Assembly (NCBI GenBank): GCA_947380175.1
Contig: CANCPZ010000001.1
Span: 1-48,373, forward strand
Source of the DNA: Bacteroidota bacterium
GTDB lineage: Bacteria > Bacteroidota > Bacteroidia > 2-12-FULL-35-15
DNA: 48,373 bases
Direction of reading: 5' to 3'
A program made the position numbers and the translations under genes. Positions 19,396 to 28,000 of the stretch are shown here, in pieces. Under the pieces are notes generated by a model. That model was not told the DNA's origin. It was given only the letters and a program-made list of their open reading frames with translations, and ran no database searches. Numbering within the stretch: position 1 is the stretch's first letter; every line of letters begins with the position of its first letter.

Positions 19396-19947
19396 TTATG
19401 GATTCTTTTTAAATGGTTCTAAAACAGCTTTAAATTTCACTTCGGTATCAGCAGGAATAATAGCGGCTTGCAAAGCTGGAATTTCTACATTGTAGTCTGC
19501 AAAGGCTAATCTAAATGTGGACGACATAATAACTTGAGAACCATCGATGACGATAGTTCCTTTAATCGTTTTTTCTTTCTCTACTCCATGTATATTAAAT
19601 TTTCCAGTAATGGTTGCATTGTATTCACCATTTTTGGTGTAATCAATTTTTTCGTTGATTTTACCTTTAAAAATTGCATTCGGAAATTTATCGCTTTCAA
19701 GATAATTTTCATTGAAGTGTTCTTGCATCAATGGCTTTTCAAACATAAAAGAGGTCATTACAATTTTCATCTGAAAATCACCCGTAGCGGCATTAAGCAT
19801 TGGCTTGGTAATTTTGTTTACGGCTGCAATGTCTTCAACAGAAGTAGGAGAAAGAAAACTTATTTCACATGTTTTTGCCATGTAAATTTGAGCAAAAGTG
19901 CTATAGCTTATGGTAGCAATGGCAACAGTTAAAATTATTTTTTTCAT
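19396..19947 (-). CDS. YceI-family periplasmic polyisoprenoid-binding protein
   Basis: The signal peptide is MKKIILTVAIATISYSTFAQ. The YceI-like core is LMQEHFNENYLESDKFPNAIFKGKI...ITGKFNIHGVEKE. The protein is 183 aa. Confidence 0.78.
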   Translation of the reverse strand: MKKIILTVAIATISYSTFAQIYMAKTCEISFLSPTSVEDIAAVNKITKPMLNAATGDFQMKIVMTSFMFEKPLMQEHFNENYLESDKFPNAIFKGKINEKIDYTKNGEYNATITGKFNIHGVEKEKTIKGTIVIDGSQVIMSSTFRLAFADYNVEIPALQAAIIPADTEVKFKAVLEPFKKNP

Positions 19948-20006
19948 AATTATTTTTTTATTTCTTAACCATTTTGGTTAAATATTATTTAATGTGTAAA
20001 AAGCAA

Positions 20007-20381
20007 TTAATTATTTTGTGCCCCTTGTTTTATCCAGCAATCTATTTTACTTTTTTCAGCAGCAGTAAGTGGCGCCGAAGCTGGCATAGGATCGGTAATA
20101 TATTGAACCGCATATTCCCTTAATTTATTATTATCAACTTCGATTTTTAAGCCCTGGTAAGTTGTAAAATCACCATATATAGAGCTGGCGTTGTGACAAT
20201 GTGGTGTTGCACAGTTTAATTGAATTATTGAATCTACAGTTACATAACCTGCAGACGCAACCTTATAATGAACAATGGAATCGCATAAGGAAACCGCCTT
20301 TTTAGGTATTGGTCCTTTTTCATTCAAACACGCACCAAACATAAGTAATATCGAAGAAAGGAAAAGTATGTTTTTTTTCAT
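20007..20381 (-). CDS. Lipoprotein with a single PSCyt1-like cytochrome-c-type domain (CX4CH)
   Basis: The ORF was trimmed to the ATG at 20381 (MKKNILFLSSILLMFGAC lipobox). The domain runs NCATPHCHN...YQGL...DPMPASAPLTAAEKSKIDCWIKQGAQNN. A promoter-like octamer overlaps the upstream TTG. Confidence 0.7.
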   Translation of the reverse strand: MKKNILFLSSILLMFGACLNEKGPIPKKAVSLCDSIVHYKVASAGYVTVDSIIQLNCATPHCHNASSIYGDFTTYQGLKIEVDNNKLREYAVQYITDPMPASAPLTAAEKSKIDCWIKQGAQNN

Positions 20382-20411
20382 ATAAAAAAATGGGATTAAA
20401 AAATATTTCGC

Positions 20412-20442
20412 CAAATCTAAATACCATATTTGGCTTTAACAA
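20412..20442 (-). promoter_or_regulatory. Candidate Bacteroidota sigma-A promoter (TTG N20 TAGATTTG)
   Basis: The minus strand reads TAGATTTG at 20419-20412, with a TTG 20 nt upstream (20442-20440). The octamer lies 30 nt before the ATG at 20381. Confidence 0.4.
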
Positions 20443-20493
20443 CAATTATTTACTTTTTAACATTTGGTTTTAGAAAATAAATCTTTGATTCTG

Positions 20494-20931
20494 TTATTTT
20501 TCGGAATAATCTTTCGAATTTACCTGGTCGCCCTTTTCGTTCCAAAAAATCCACTTGCCACTTTCTTGGTCATTGGTATAAAACCCTTCGTATCTTTTTT
20601 TCTCATTTTCATACCATGCCGTAGTTGGTCCGTTTTTTATACCATCCTTAAATGTTGTTTCGCTCCAAACAGCACCATTTTCGTACCAGCTTTTCCATAA
20701 ACCGTCTCTTTTGCCGTCTTTCATGATTCCGCGCATTTGTATCACTCCATTTTTATAATGCTTAATGTATTCTCCATTATGAATGATTGAATCTTTTTGA
20801 ATAACTCCTGTTGCGAGGGAAAGAACGGTATCGTGCTGAATGGTTATGCTATTACCATTTGAAGCTTTATTATTATTACATGCAAATACTGTTGTAAAAC
20901 AGATGCCTACAAATAAAAGACGCGTGTTCAT
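20494..20931 (-). CDS. MORN-repeat (MORN_2 / YwqK-like) lipoprotein
   Basis: The lipobox is FTTVFAC. The repeats are GEYIKHYKNGVIQMRGIMKDGKRDGLWKSWYENGAVWSETTFKDGIKNGPTTAWYENEKK...GKWIFWNEKG. It starts 6 nt after the prenyl synthase stop. Confidence 0.75.
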   Translation of the reverse strand: MNTRLLFVGICFTTVFACNNNKASNGNSITIQHDTVLSLATGVIQKDSIIHNGEYIKHYKNGVIQMRGIMKDGKRDGLWKSWYENGAVWSETTFKDGIKNGPTTAWYENEKKRYEGFYTNDQESGKWIFWNEKGDQVNSKDYSEK

Positions 20932-20937
20932 TTTAGT

Positions 20938-21909
20938 TTAATTTTTACGTTCGGTGGTGTATTTCACTAATTCTATTAACGATGTTTTTGATGGGCTATC
21001 AGAAAAAGAGGAAATAAGATTTAATGCGTTGTTTTTGTATTCATTCATTTTTTGTTCTGCGTATTGTATTCCTCCACTTTTTATAACAAATTCAATTACC
21101 TCACTCACTTTTTTAGGGTTATTGTTATTGTTTTTTACAATGTTTATAATTCTTCTTTTTTCAAAAAATGAAGCGTTGTTTAAGGCATAGATCAGGGGTA
21201 GCGTCATTTTTTTTTCTTTAATATCAATACCAGTAGGCTTACCAATATTGGCACCATCACCATAATCAAACAGGTCATCTTTTATCTGAAATGCAATGCC
21301 CACAGCCTCTCCAAAAGCACTCATTTTATTAATAATACTATCATCAGCAGTTACAGATGCTGCTCCACAAGCGCAACAAGATGCAATTAACGATGCTGTT
21401 TTTTTACGTATAATGTCGAAATACACACGTTCATCAATATCTAATTTTCTTGCTTTTTCAATTTGCAATAATTCGCCCTCACTCATTTCCCGCACCGCAT
21501 TGGAAACCAAACCTAGCAAATGAAAATCCTTGTTATCAACCGAAAGCAACAAACCTCTTGACAATAAAAAATCACCAACAAGCACAGCTATTTTATTTTT
21601 CCATAATGCATTTACTGAAAAAAATCCTCTGCGTTCGTTCGAGTCATCCACCACATCGTCATGTACCAATGTTGCTGTGTGCAACAACTCAATTAATGCC
21701 GCTGCTCGATAGGTAGAGTCATTCATTTCGCCACATACTTTTGCAGACAAAAAAACAAACATAGGGCGCATCTGTTTGCCTTTGCGTTTTATAATATAGT
21801 TGGTTATTTTATCAAGTAAAGGAACAGAACTTTTCATTGAAGATTTAAACTTCAATTCAAAAACATCCATTTCATTGACAATTGGGGCTTTTATTTCTTT
21901 AATCGTCAT
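20938..21909 (-). CDS. Long-chain polyprenyl diphosphate synthase (IspB-type)
   Basis: The first aspartate-rich motif is LVHDDVVDDSNERRG and the second is FQIKDDLFDYG. The protein is 323 aa. Confidence 0.9.
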   Translation of the reverse strand: MTIKEIKAPIVNEMDVFELKFKSSMKSSVPLLDKITNYIIKRKGKQMRPMFVFLSAKVCGEMNDSTYRAAALIELLHTATLVHDDVVDDSNERRGFFSVNALWKNKIAVLVGDFLLSRGLLLSVDNKDFHLLGLVSNAVREMSEGELLQIEKARKLDIDERVYFDIIRKKTASLIASCCACGAASVTADDSIINKMSAFGEAVGIAFQIKDDLFDYGDGANIGKPTGIDIKEKKMTLPLIYALNNASFFEKRRIINIVKNNNNNPKKVSEVIEFVIKSGGIQYAEQKMNEYKNNALNLISSFSDSPSKTSLIELVKYTTERKN

Positions 21910-21928
21910 TATGCAATTTTAATTGTAG

Positions 21929-21936
21929 CAAATTTA
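21929..21936 (-). promoter_or_regulatory. Candidate -7 promoter element TAAATTTG upstream of the prenyl synthase
   Basis: The minus strand reads TAAATTTG, ending 19 nt before the ATG at 21909. No clear -33 TTG was found. Confidence 0.3.
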
Positions 21937-22037
21937 GTAAGCCATATAGATACCTTGAATAAAAAGATTACATAAAACTATATTTTTCTTTTCATTGCTT
22001 TGTTTCAATTTTTGTGTTTTAGTTTAATTAATCTTTT

Positions 22038-22682
22038 TTAGTTATTTAAATAACCTGCTGCAATCCATTTTTGAACAGCGTTTATATCACAATCCGATAA
22101 TTGATTCGCATTTTTTGGCATTGGGGAAAATCCACTTAAATGTTTTAAGGTACCCATCAACCTACTCTTTGTGATTGAAACAACAACCCCGGAGTATGTT
22201 GATAAATCATACCCTCCACCAGCATTGCTAGTAGAATGACATCCCACACACCAAGTATTTAAAAATGGTTGTATTCGATTGGTATAGGTATAGTTTGTAG
22301 AGTCGCAACCATTGCAATTAGTTGAATTTTTAGCTCCCATTTTAATCCAAATATCAATATAGCTAACCTCTTTTCTAGTTAAACTGGGGTACCTACCAGG
22401 TGGCATTGATGGTCTTATGCCAGAAATAGACCTATAAACCTCGCTTCTTAATGGATGTTTAGCAACAACGCCTTTCATTATCCCATCGTAATTTGAAAGG
22501 TCGTACCCAGCTTTTCTATCATTGGAATTATGGCACCCACTCATCGTGCAATTTGAAACAAATATTGGTAAAACATTTTCCTGAAAACACACATCGGGAT
22601 TGTAAACATCATATGTACAAGCAGAAAGCATTATCGTTAATATGGAAAAGAGCGCAAGTTTATTAATCTTTATTTTTATCAT
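22038..22682 (-). CDS. Lipoprotein with two tandem PSCyt1-like cytochrome-c-type domains (CX4CH + CXXCH)
   Basis: The start was set at the ATG at 22682 (MIKIKINKLALFSILTIMLSAC lipobox). Unit 1 runs LPIFVSNCTMSGCHN...SMPPG...IDIWIKMGAKN. Unit 2 runs IQPFLNTWCVGCHST...PMPKN...VQKWIAAGYLNN. Confidence 0.72.
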   Translation of the reverse strand: MIKIKINKLALFSILTIMLSACTYDVYNPDVCFQENVLPIFVSNCTMSGCHNSNDRKAGYDLSNYDGIMKGVVAKHPLRSEVYRSISGIRPSMPPGRYPSLTRKEVSYIDIWIKMGAKNSTNCNGCDSTNYTYTNRIQPFLNTWCVGCHSTSNAGGGYDLSTYSGVVVSITKSRLMGTLKHLSGFSPMPKNANQLSDCDINAVQKWIAAGYLNN

Positions 22683-23003
22683 TTTCAAAGTATGAAGCCG
22701 CTGTTAAAAATTTATTTAATACTCATTTTATTCTATTTTCGAGTAAATTACATTTCCGTATTCTTCCCTCAAATATTAAAGAACTTTTTATAAATTGCCT
22801 TGAGTATTTGGAAATCAATTAAATACAAATGGTTGAGGTTATAGTAAACAACAACTAAATTAGCGTATCCAATGAGTTTCAGTTACACTTTAGGAATTAT
22901 TTTAACATAATTTAAACAACGTATAAATTTTAATTGACACAAAAATACTATTTTTATAAAGCAAATGTTGTGGTAAATTACCCGCACAAATTGTACCAAA
23001 CAA

Positions 23004-24890
23004 ATGGCAGCTAAAAAATCTACAAAAGAAAGTGTCTCACTTACAATTGAAACAAAAAAGCGATTTCCGTTTACCGATTTTTTTTTACAGGCGTTGCTTT
23101 TAACGATAGTAGGTTTTGTAATCTATTCAAATTCATTTAAAAATGAATACGCTTTAGATGATGGAATTGTTATTCAAAAAAATGATTACGTTGAACAAGG
23201 TTTTAGAGGTATTCCTAAAATTTTAAGCACCGATGAATATGATAGTTTTTATAAACAAATGGGTGCAACACAACAATTGTCTGGCGGGCGTTACCGCCCA
23301 TTATCGGTTGTTAGCTTTGCAATAGAGCAACAATTATTTGGTTTAAAAGGTAAAGATAAACCTGCTACAGATGTTGCTTTTGTTAGGCATTTCGTAAATG
23401 TTTTGTTATATATTTTTTCAGTAGTTATGCTGCTCTATTTTTTACGAAATTTTATTTTAAAGGAAAATCAACTTGTTGCTTTTGGTACTTGTTTGCTTTT
23501 TTTGATTCATCCGATACATACCGAAGTGATCGCTAATGTAAAGAGTCGCGATGAAATTATGTCTTTTTTGTTTATTATTTTAACCTTCATTTCTACATTT
23601 CGTTATCACGAAACCAAAAAGAAGTTGCATTTATTTTATGGGTTGTTATTTTATTTTTTAGCATTGCTTTCCAAAGAATATGCAATTACATTGATTGTGT
23701 TATTGCCAATGTTATTTTATATTGTAAAAAAAGATGAATTTATAGACTCCATCATCGCAACCATTCCATTTGTAATCGTATTTGTGTTTTATTTTTACAT
23801 TCGCTACCATGTTGTTGGATTAGGCAATACAATTGAAAACCCTGATGTATTAAACAATCCATTTAAATTTGCAACAACATCGGAAAAATGGGCAACAAAA
23901 ATCGAAATTCTGAATCATTACTTGCGTTTATTATTTTACCCTCAGCCACTTTCAAGCGATTATTCATATAGTACAATTCCGTATACTAATTTTAAAAATG
24001 CAAACGTATGGCTATCGATTATTACCCATTTAACATTGATAATTTTTACTGTTGTATTATTTTTAAAGCGCCACATTTTATCTTTCGCGCTTGCTTTTTA
24101 TTTGTTGCACTTATTTTTAGTTTCCAATTTAATATTTGATATTGGTGCAACAATGGGCGAGCGCTTGGTATACCATTCATCTTTTGGATTATCAATAATA
24201 ATAGCTGTTATAATAAAATGGGGATTAGAAAAAATACAAAATGCCAAAACAAAAAAAATAATTGGAATAGCATTTTTTAGTTTAATAACTATTTGGTGTT
24301 CTGCAAAAATTATGGTTAGAAACGCTCAATGGAAAAACGACACTACACTTTTTATTGCCGATGCAGAAACTGTTCCAAATAGTGCTTTAGTAAATGGAAA
24401 TGCAGGTAAGGCGTATATTGATATGTCGGAGAAACCGGAAAACAAATCACGTGAAAACGAATTGATTCAAAAAGCAATTACTCATTTTAGAAAGGCTGTT
24501 ACCATTCATACAAACTATGTAAACGGGTATTTGAATTTAGGTGTTTGTTATTTTAAATTGAAAGACTATGAAAAGGCAAAAACCAATTGGGATTTGGCAA
24601 AATCATTGTATCCAAACCATCCGCTTTTAAAATCGCATTATAAATTATTGGGGTCTGTTTATTTTTCATTAGGAATGGAACAAGGTCCTAAAAATCCTGC
24701 CGAAGCAATTAAATTGTTAGAAAAAGCCCTAAGCTTCGATCCAAATAATGCGGAATACTGGTATAATTTAGGGGGCGCAACCTACACATTAAAAGATTTT
24801 GCTAAAGCTAAAATAGCTTGGACAAATTCCTTAAGCTTAGACCCGAACAATCAATTAGCAAAACAAGGTTTAGCTGCTTTGCCAAAATGA
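23004..24890 (+). CDS. TMTC-like GT-C fold membrane protein with C-terminal TPR repeats (putative protein O-mannosyl/glycosyl transferase)
   Basis: It has about 10-11 TM helices. The loop-1 acidic motif is YALDDGIVIQKND, followed by GGRYRPLSVVSFAIE and IHPIHTEVIANVKSRDEIM, which are DUF1736/TMTC-type signatures recalled from memory. Residues ~455-628 are TPR repeats (YFKLKDYEKAKTNWDLAKSLYPNHP, YTLKDFAKAKIAWTNSLSLDPNN). Confidence 0.7.
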   Translation: MAAKKSTKESVSLTIETKKRFPFTDFFLQALLLTIVGFVIYSNSFKNEYALDDGIVIQKNDYVEQGFRGIPKILSTDEYDSFYKQMGATQQLSGGRYRPLSVVSFAIEQQLFGLKGKDKPATDVAFVRHFVNVLLYIFSVVMLLYFLRNFILKENQLVAFGTCLLFLIHPIHTEVIANVKSRDEIMSFLFIILTFISTFRYHETKKKLHLFYGLLFYFLALLSKEYAITLIVLLPMLFYIVKKDEFIDSIIATIPFVIVFVFYFYIRYHVVGLGNTIENPDVLNNPFKFATTSEKWATKIEILNHYLRLLFYPQPLSSDYSYSTIPYTNFKNANVWLSIITHLTLIIFTVVLFLKRHILSFALAFYLLHLFLVSNLIFDIGATMGERLVYHSSFGLSIIIAVIIKWGLEKIQNAKTKKIIGIAFFSLITIWCSAKIMVRNAQWKNDTTLFIADAETVPNSALVNGNAGKAYIDMSEKPENKSRENELIQKAITHFRKAVTIHTNYVNGYLNLGVCYFKLKDYEKAKTNWDLAKSLYPNHPLLKSHYKLLGSVYFSLGMEQGPKNPAEAIKLLEKALSFDPNNAEYWYNLGGATYTLKDFAKAKIAWTNSLSLDPNNQLAKQGLAALPK

Positions 24891-24958
24891 TATTTTATTA
24901 CTTCTATACTTTGATTAATACTCTTAATTAGTAGTAATTGTATTTTTAAAAAAAGCTG

Positions 24959-24990
24959 CTTGTTTTTCAACTTCGTTTTTAGTATTTTTG
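24959..24990 (+). promoter_or_regulatory. Candidate Bacteroidota promoter (TTG N21 TATTTTTG) for the first T9SS cargo gene
   Basis: TTG is at 24959-24961 and TATTTTTG at 24983-24990. The octamer ends 44 nt before the ATG at 25035. Confidence 0.4.
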
Positions 24991-25034
24991 ATAGCATTGA
25001 ATTCAACACCTAATTTAGTATAAGCAGATTAATC

Positions 25035-28000
25035 ATGGCTTTTGGAGCTAAAAAAACAATCTTTTTACTACTTCTATTGTTTCATATTTCGCTTACAGGT
25101 TATTCTGTAGATGCTAAAAAAATAGGTTCAATCGTAAAAAAAAACGTTGTCGAAAAAAGCCTCATTAAGTTTACCGAAAATAAAAAACAATGGAATAAAA
25201 ATGTGCTCTATAGGTGTCAACTCGATGGAGGAGCGTTGTTTCTTGAAAAAAATGCATTTACATATAATTTTTACGACAAAGAAAACCTCCGCAAAAACCA
25301 TTTCGGAAAAGGGCATCCATTATCTAAAGGAATAAAATCGCATGCTTTTAGAATGCAATTTATAAATGCCAATATCAATGTTGAAACATCGGCACAAAAA
25401 ATAACATCTGATTATTGTAATTATTTTATTGGTAACGATAAAAAGTGTTGGGCTAGTAATGTAAAAAATTACAAAGAAGTAAATTATAAAAATTTATATC
25501 AAGGGATAGACCTACAAATACTAGGTAATCAAAATAGCATAAAATATAATTTTATTGTTGCACCAAAAGTAAATCCCAATATCATACATTTAAATTACGA
25601 AGGATTAGAAAAAATTTCAATCGTTGAAGGCGAAATAAAATTAAAAACAAGCCTCAACGAAATGACAGAACAAAAACCTTTTGCGTATCAATGGATTAAT
25701 GGCAAGCAAAAAGAAGTTTTGTGCGAATTTGTTTTAGAAAACAATACCATCCATTTTAATTTTCCAAAAGGATATAATCAAAAGTACGAGTTAGTAATTG
25801 ACCCGATACTTGTTTTTGCAGCATCTTCTGGATCTTTGGCCGATAATTTTGGTATGTCAGCAACCTACGATTCATATGGAAATCTATACGCTGGTGGAAC
25901 AGCTTATGGATCAGGTTATCCAACTACGTTGGGTGCATACAATGAAACTGGAAATGGATCAACAGCTTATATTTCGGGACTTACAGACGTTGTAATTACC
26001 AAATACGATTCTTCTGGCACAAATCTTTTATACTCAACTTACCTCGGCGGATCAACTAGCACCGAAGTTGTGAATAGTTTAATTGTAAATGCGCAAGATG
26101 AATTGTTAATGTATGGTTTAACTGGATCTTCTGATTTCCCTGTTACACCTAATGCCTTTGATACAACATACAATGGCGGAGATGCCATGCAATATATATA
26201 TAATGGAACTTCATATGATAATGGTACGGATATTTATGTTTCAAAATTTAATTCCGCTGGCACAACCTTGTTGGCATCTACATACATTGGTGGAAGTTTA
26301 AATGATGGGGTAAACCACAACAATGATAGTACGCTTTTGTATATGGCTTTCAACAGTGTAACATCAGCATATGATATTCCTGTTTATGAGTTCCCATTAG
26401 ATTCGTTGCAATATAATTATGGCGACCAATATAGAGGTGAGATTAATGTAGATTATGCCGGAAATGCAATTATAACAAGTTCCACAAGGTCTACTAACTT
26501 CCCTATTGTGAATGGATTTGATAATACACTTGGAGGACAACAAGATGCAATTGTATTTAAATTTAATTCCGATTTTTCGCAGTTGCTTTGGAGCACCTAC
26601 CTTGGAGGAACAGATAACGATGCCGGCTATGCATTATCGATAGACGACTCTTCAAATATATATGTTTCGGGCGGAACAAGAAGTATGGATTTTCCTACAA
26701 CACCCGGTTGTGTTCAACCAAATTATGGAGGAGGCAAAGCAGACGGGTTTATTACCAAAATTGGCAAAAATGGAAATGTGATACTTGCTTCCACTTTTTG
26801 GGGATCTGCAGCATATGACCAAAATTATTTTGTGCAAATTGATAAATACAAAGATGTTTATGTAGTAGGTCAAACGGAAGGCGCAATGCCTGTTACAGCT
26901 AATGTTTATAACAATCCAAATAGTGGACAGTTTATCAGCAAAATAAATGGCTCTCTAAGCACACTGTTGATTTCAACTGTTTTTGGCAACGGTAATGGCA
27001 GACCAAACATTTCACCATCTGCTTTTTTAGTAGATAATTGTGATAATATTTATGTATGCGGTTGGGGAGGTAATGTGCTTAGTGGATCTGATTCTGTAAA
27101 AAACATGCCTCTTTCAGGAAACGCTTTTCAGTCAACTACAGATGGTCATAATTTTTATTTATTGGTACTTTCAAAAAATGCAACATCTTTATTGTATGCA
27201 ACATATTTTGGTGGAGCAGCAAGTTACGAGCATGTAGATGGTGGCACCAGTCGTTTTGATAAAAAAGGTATTGTATATCAAGCTGTTTGTGCTGGTTGTG
27301 GTGGCCATGATGATTTTCCTGTAAAACCAGGATGTTGGCCATACACCTCATCAAATTATGTTGCATACGACCCTGCAAATCCTTATCCAACAGGTGTAAA
27401 TATGAATACGCAAGATAATAATTGCAATGAAGGGGTATTTAAATTTGATTTTCAAACACCATTATCAGACGCTACTTTTACAACAAATAATTTAAATGGT
27501 TGCGAGCCACTTACTATTCAATTTAATTACCAAAACCCTCCTGGAGCAACTTATTTATGGGACTTTGGCAACAACGATACCACCTCGTTGATTTCAAATC
27601 CCATAAAAACATTTCCAACTGCAGGAACATACTTGGTTCAATTATATGTTTTAAATCCTGCTAATTGTAATTATGGTGATACCACGTATAAAAACATTGT
27701 AGTATACCCTCAACCTATTCTTAATCTTGGAAACGATACTTCTATTTGTATAGGTTCAACAATTACATTAAATGCTCAAAATACAGGGAGCAAATACCTT
27801 TGGTCGAATGGAGATACAACACAAACAATTGCGATAACATTGCCTGGTACATATTGGGTTAATGTTTTAGCAGGTATGTGTTACACATCCGACACAATAA
27901 ATATAGCACTCAACACACCTACTAACGCCGCCTTTACCATAAATCAGGCAGTAGGGTGTGTCCCATTAACAATTCAATGTAATTATACCAATCCTCCAAA

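Noticed and set aside
19534-19932. 132-aa ORF antisense to the YceI gene
   Set aside because: It is the longest shadow ORF in the window, but it fully overlaps a gene with a clear YceI signature and signal peptide. Its product is Phe/Asn/Ile-rich with no motif.
20382-20414. TTG-initiated 11-codon extension of the small cytochrome-c-like lipoprotein
   Set aside because: The ATG at 20381 gives a textbook lipoprotein signal peptide (MKKNILFLSSILLMFGAC). In addition, the TAGATTTG promoter-like octamer overlaps the TTG.
20464-21716. Antisense ORFs in the MORN lipoprotein and prenyl synthase genes (20464..20700, 20954..21190, 21296..21523, 21450..21716, 21530..21712)
   Set aside because: They overlap genes that have diagnostic motifs (MORN repeats, DDxxD boxes), and there is no independent support for them.
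22692-22793. 33-codon hydrophobic sORF (MKPLLKIYLILILFYFRVNYISVFFPQILKNFL) in the 315-nt divergent intergenic region, the largest non-coding gap in the window
   Set aside because: No promoter-like octamer or purine-rich leader was seen. Its AT-rich composition makes such an ORF likely by chance. I also saw no convincing conserved RNA structure or riboswitch-like fold in 22689-23003.
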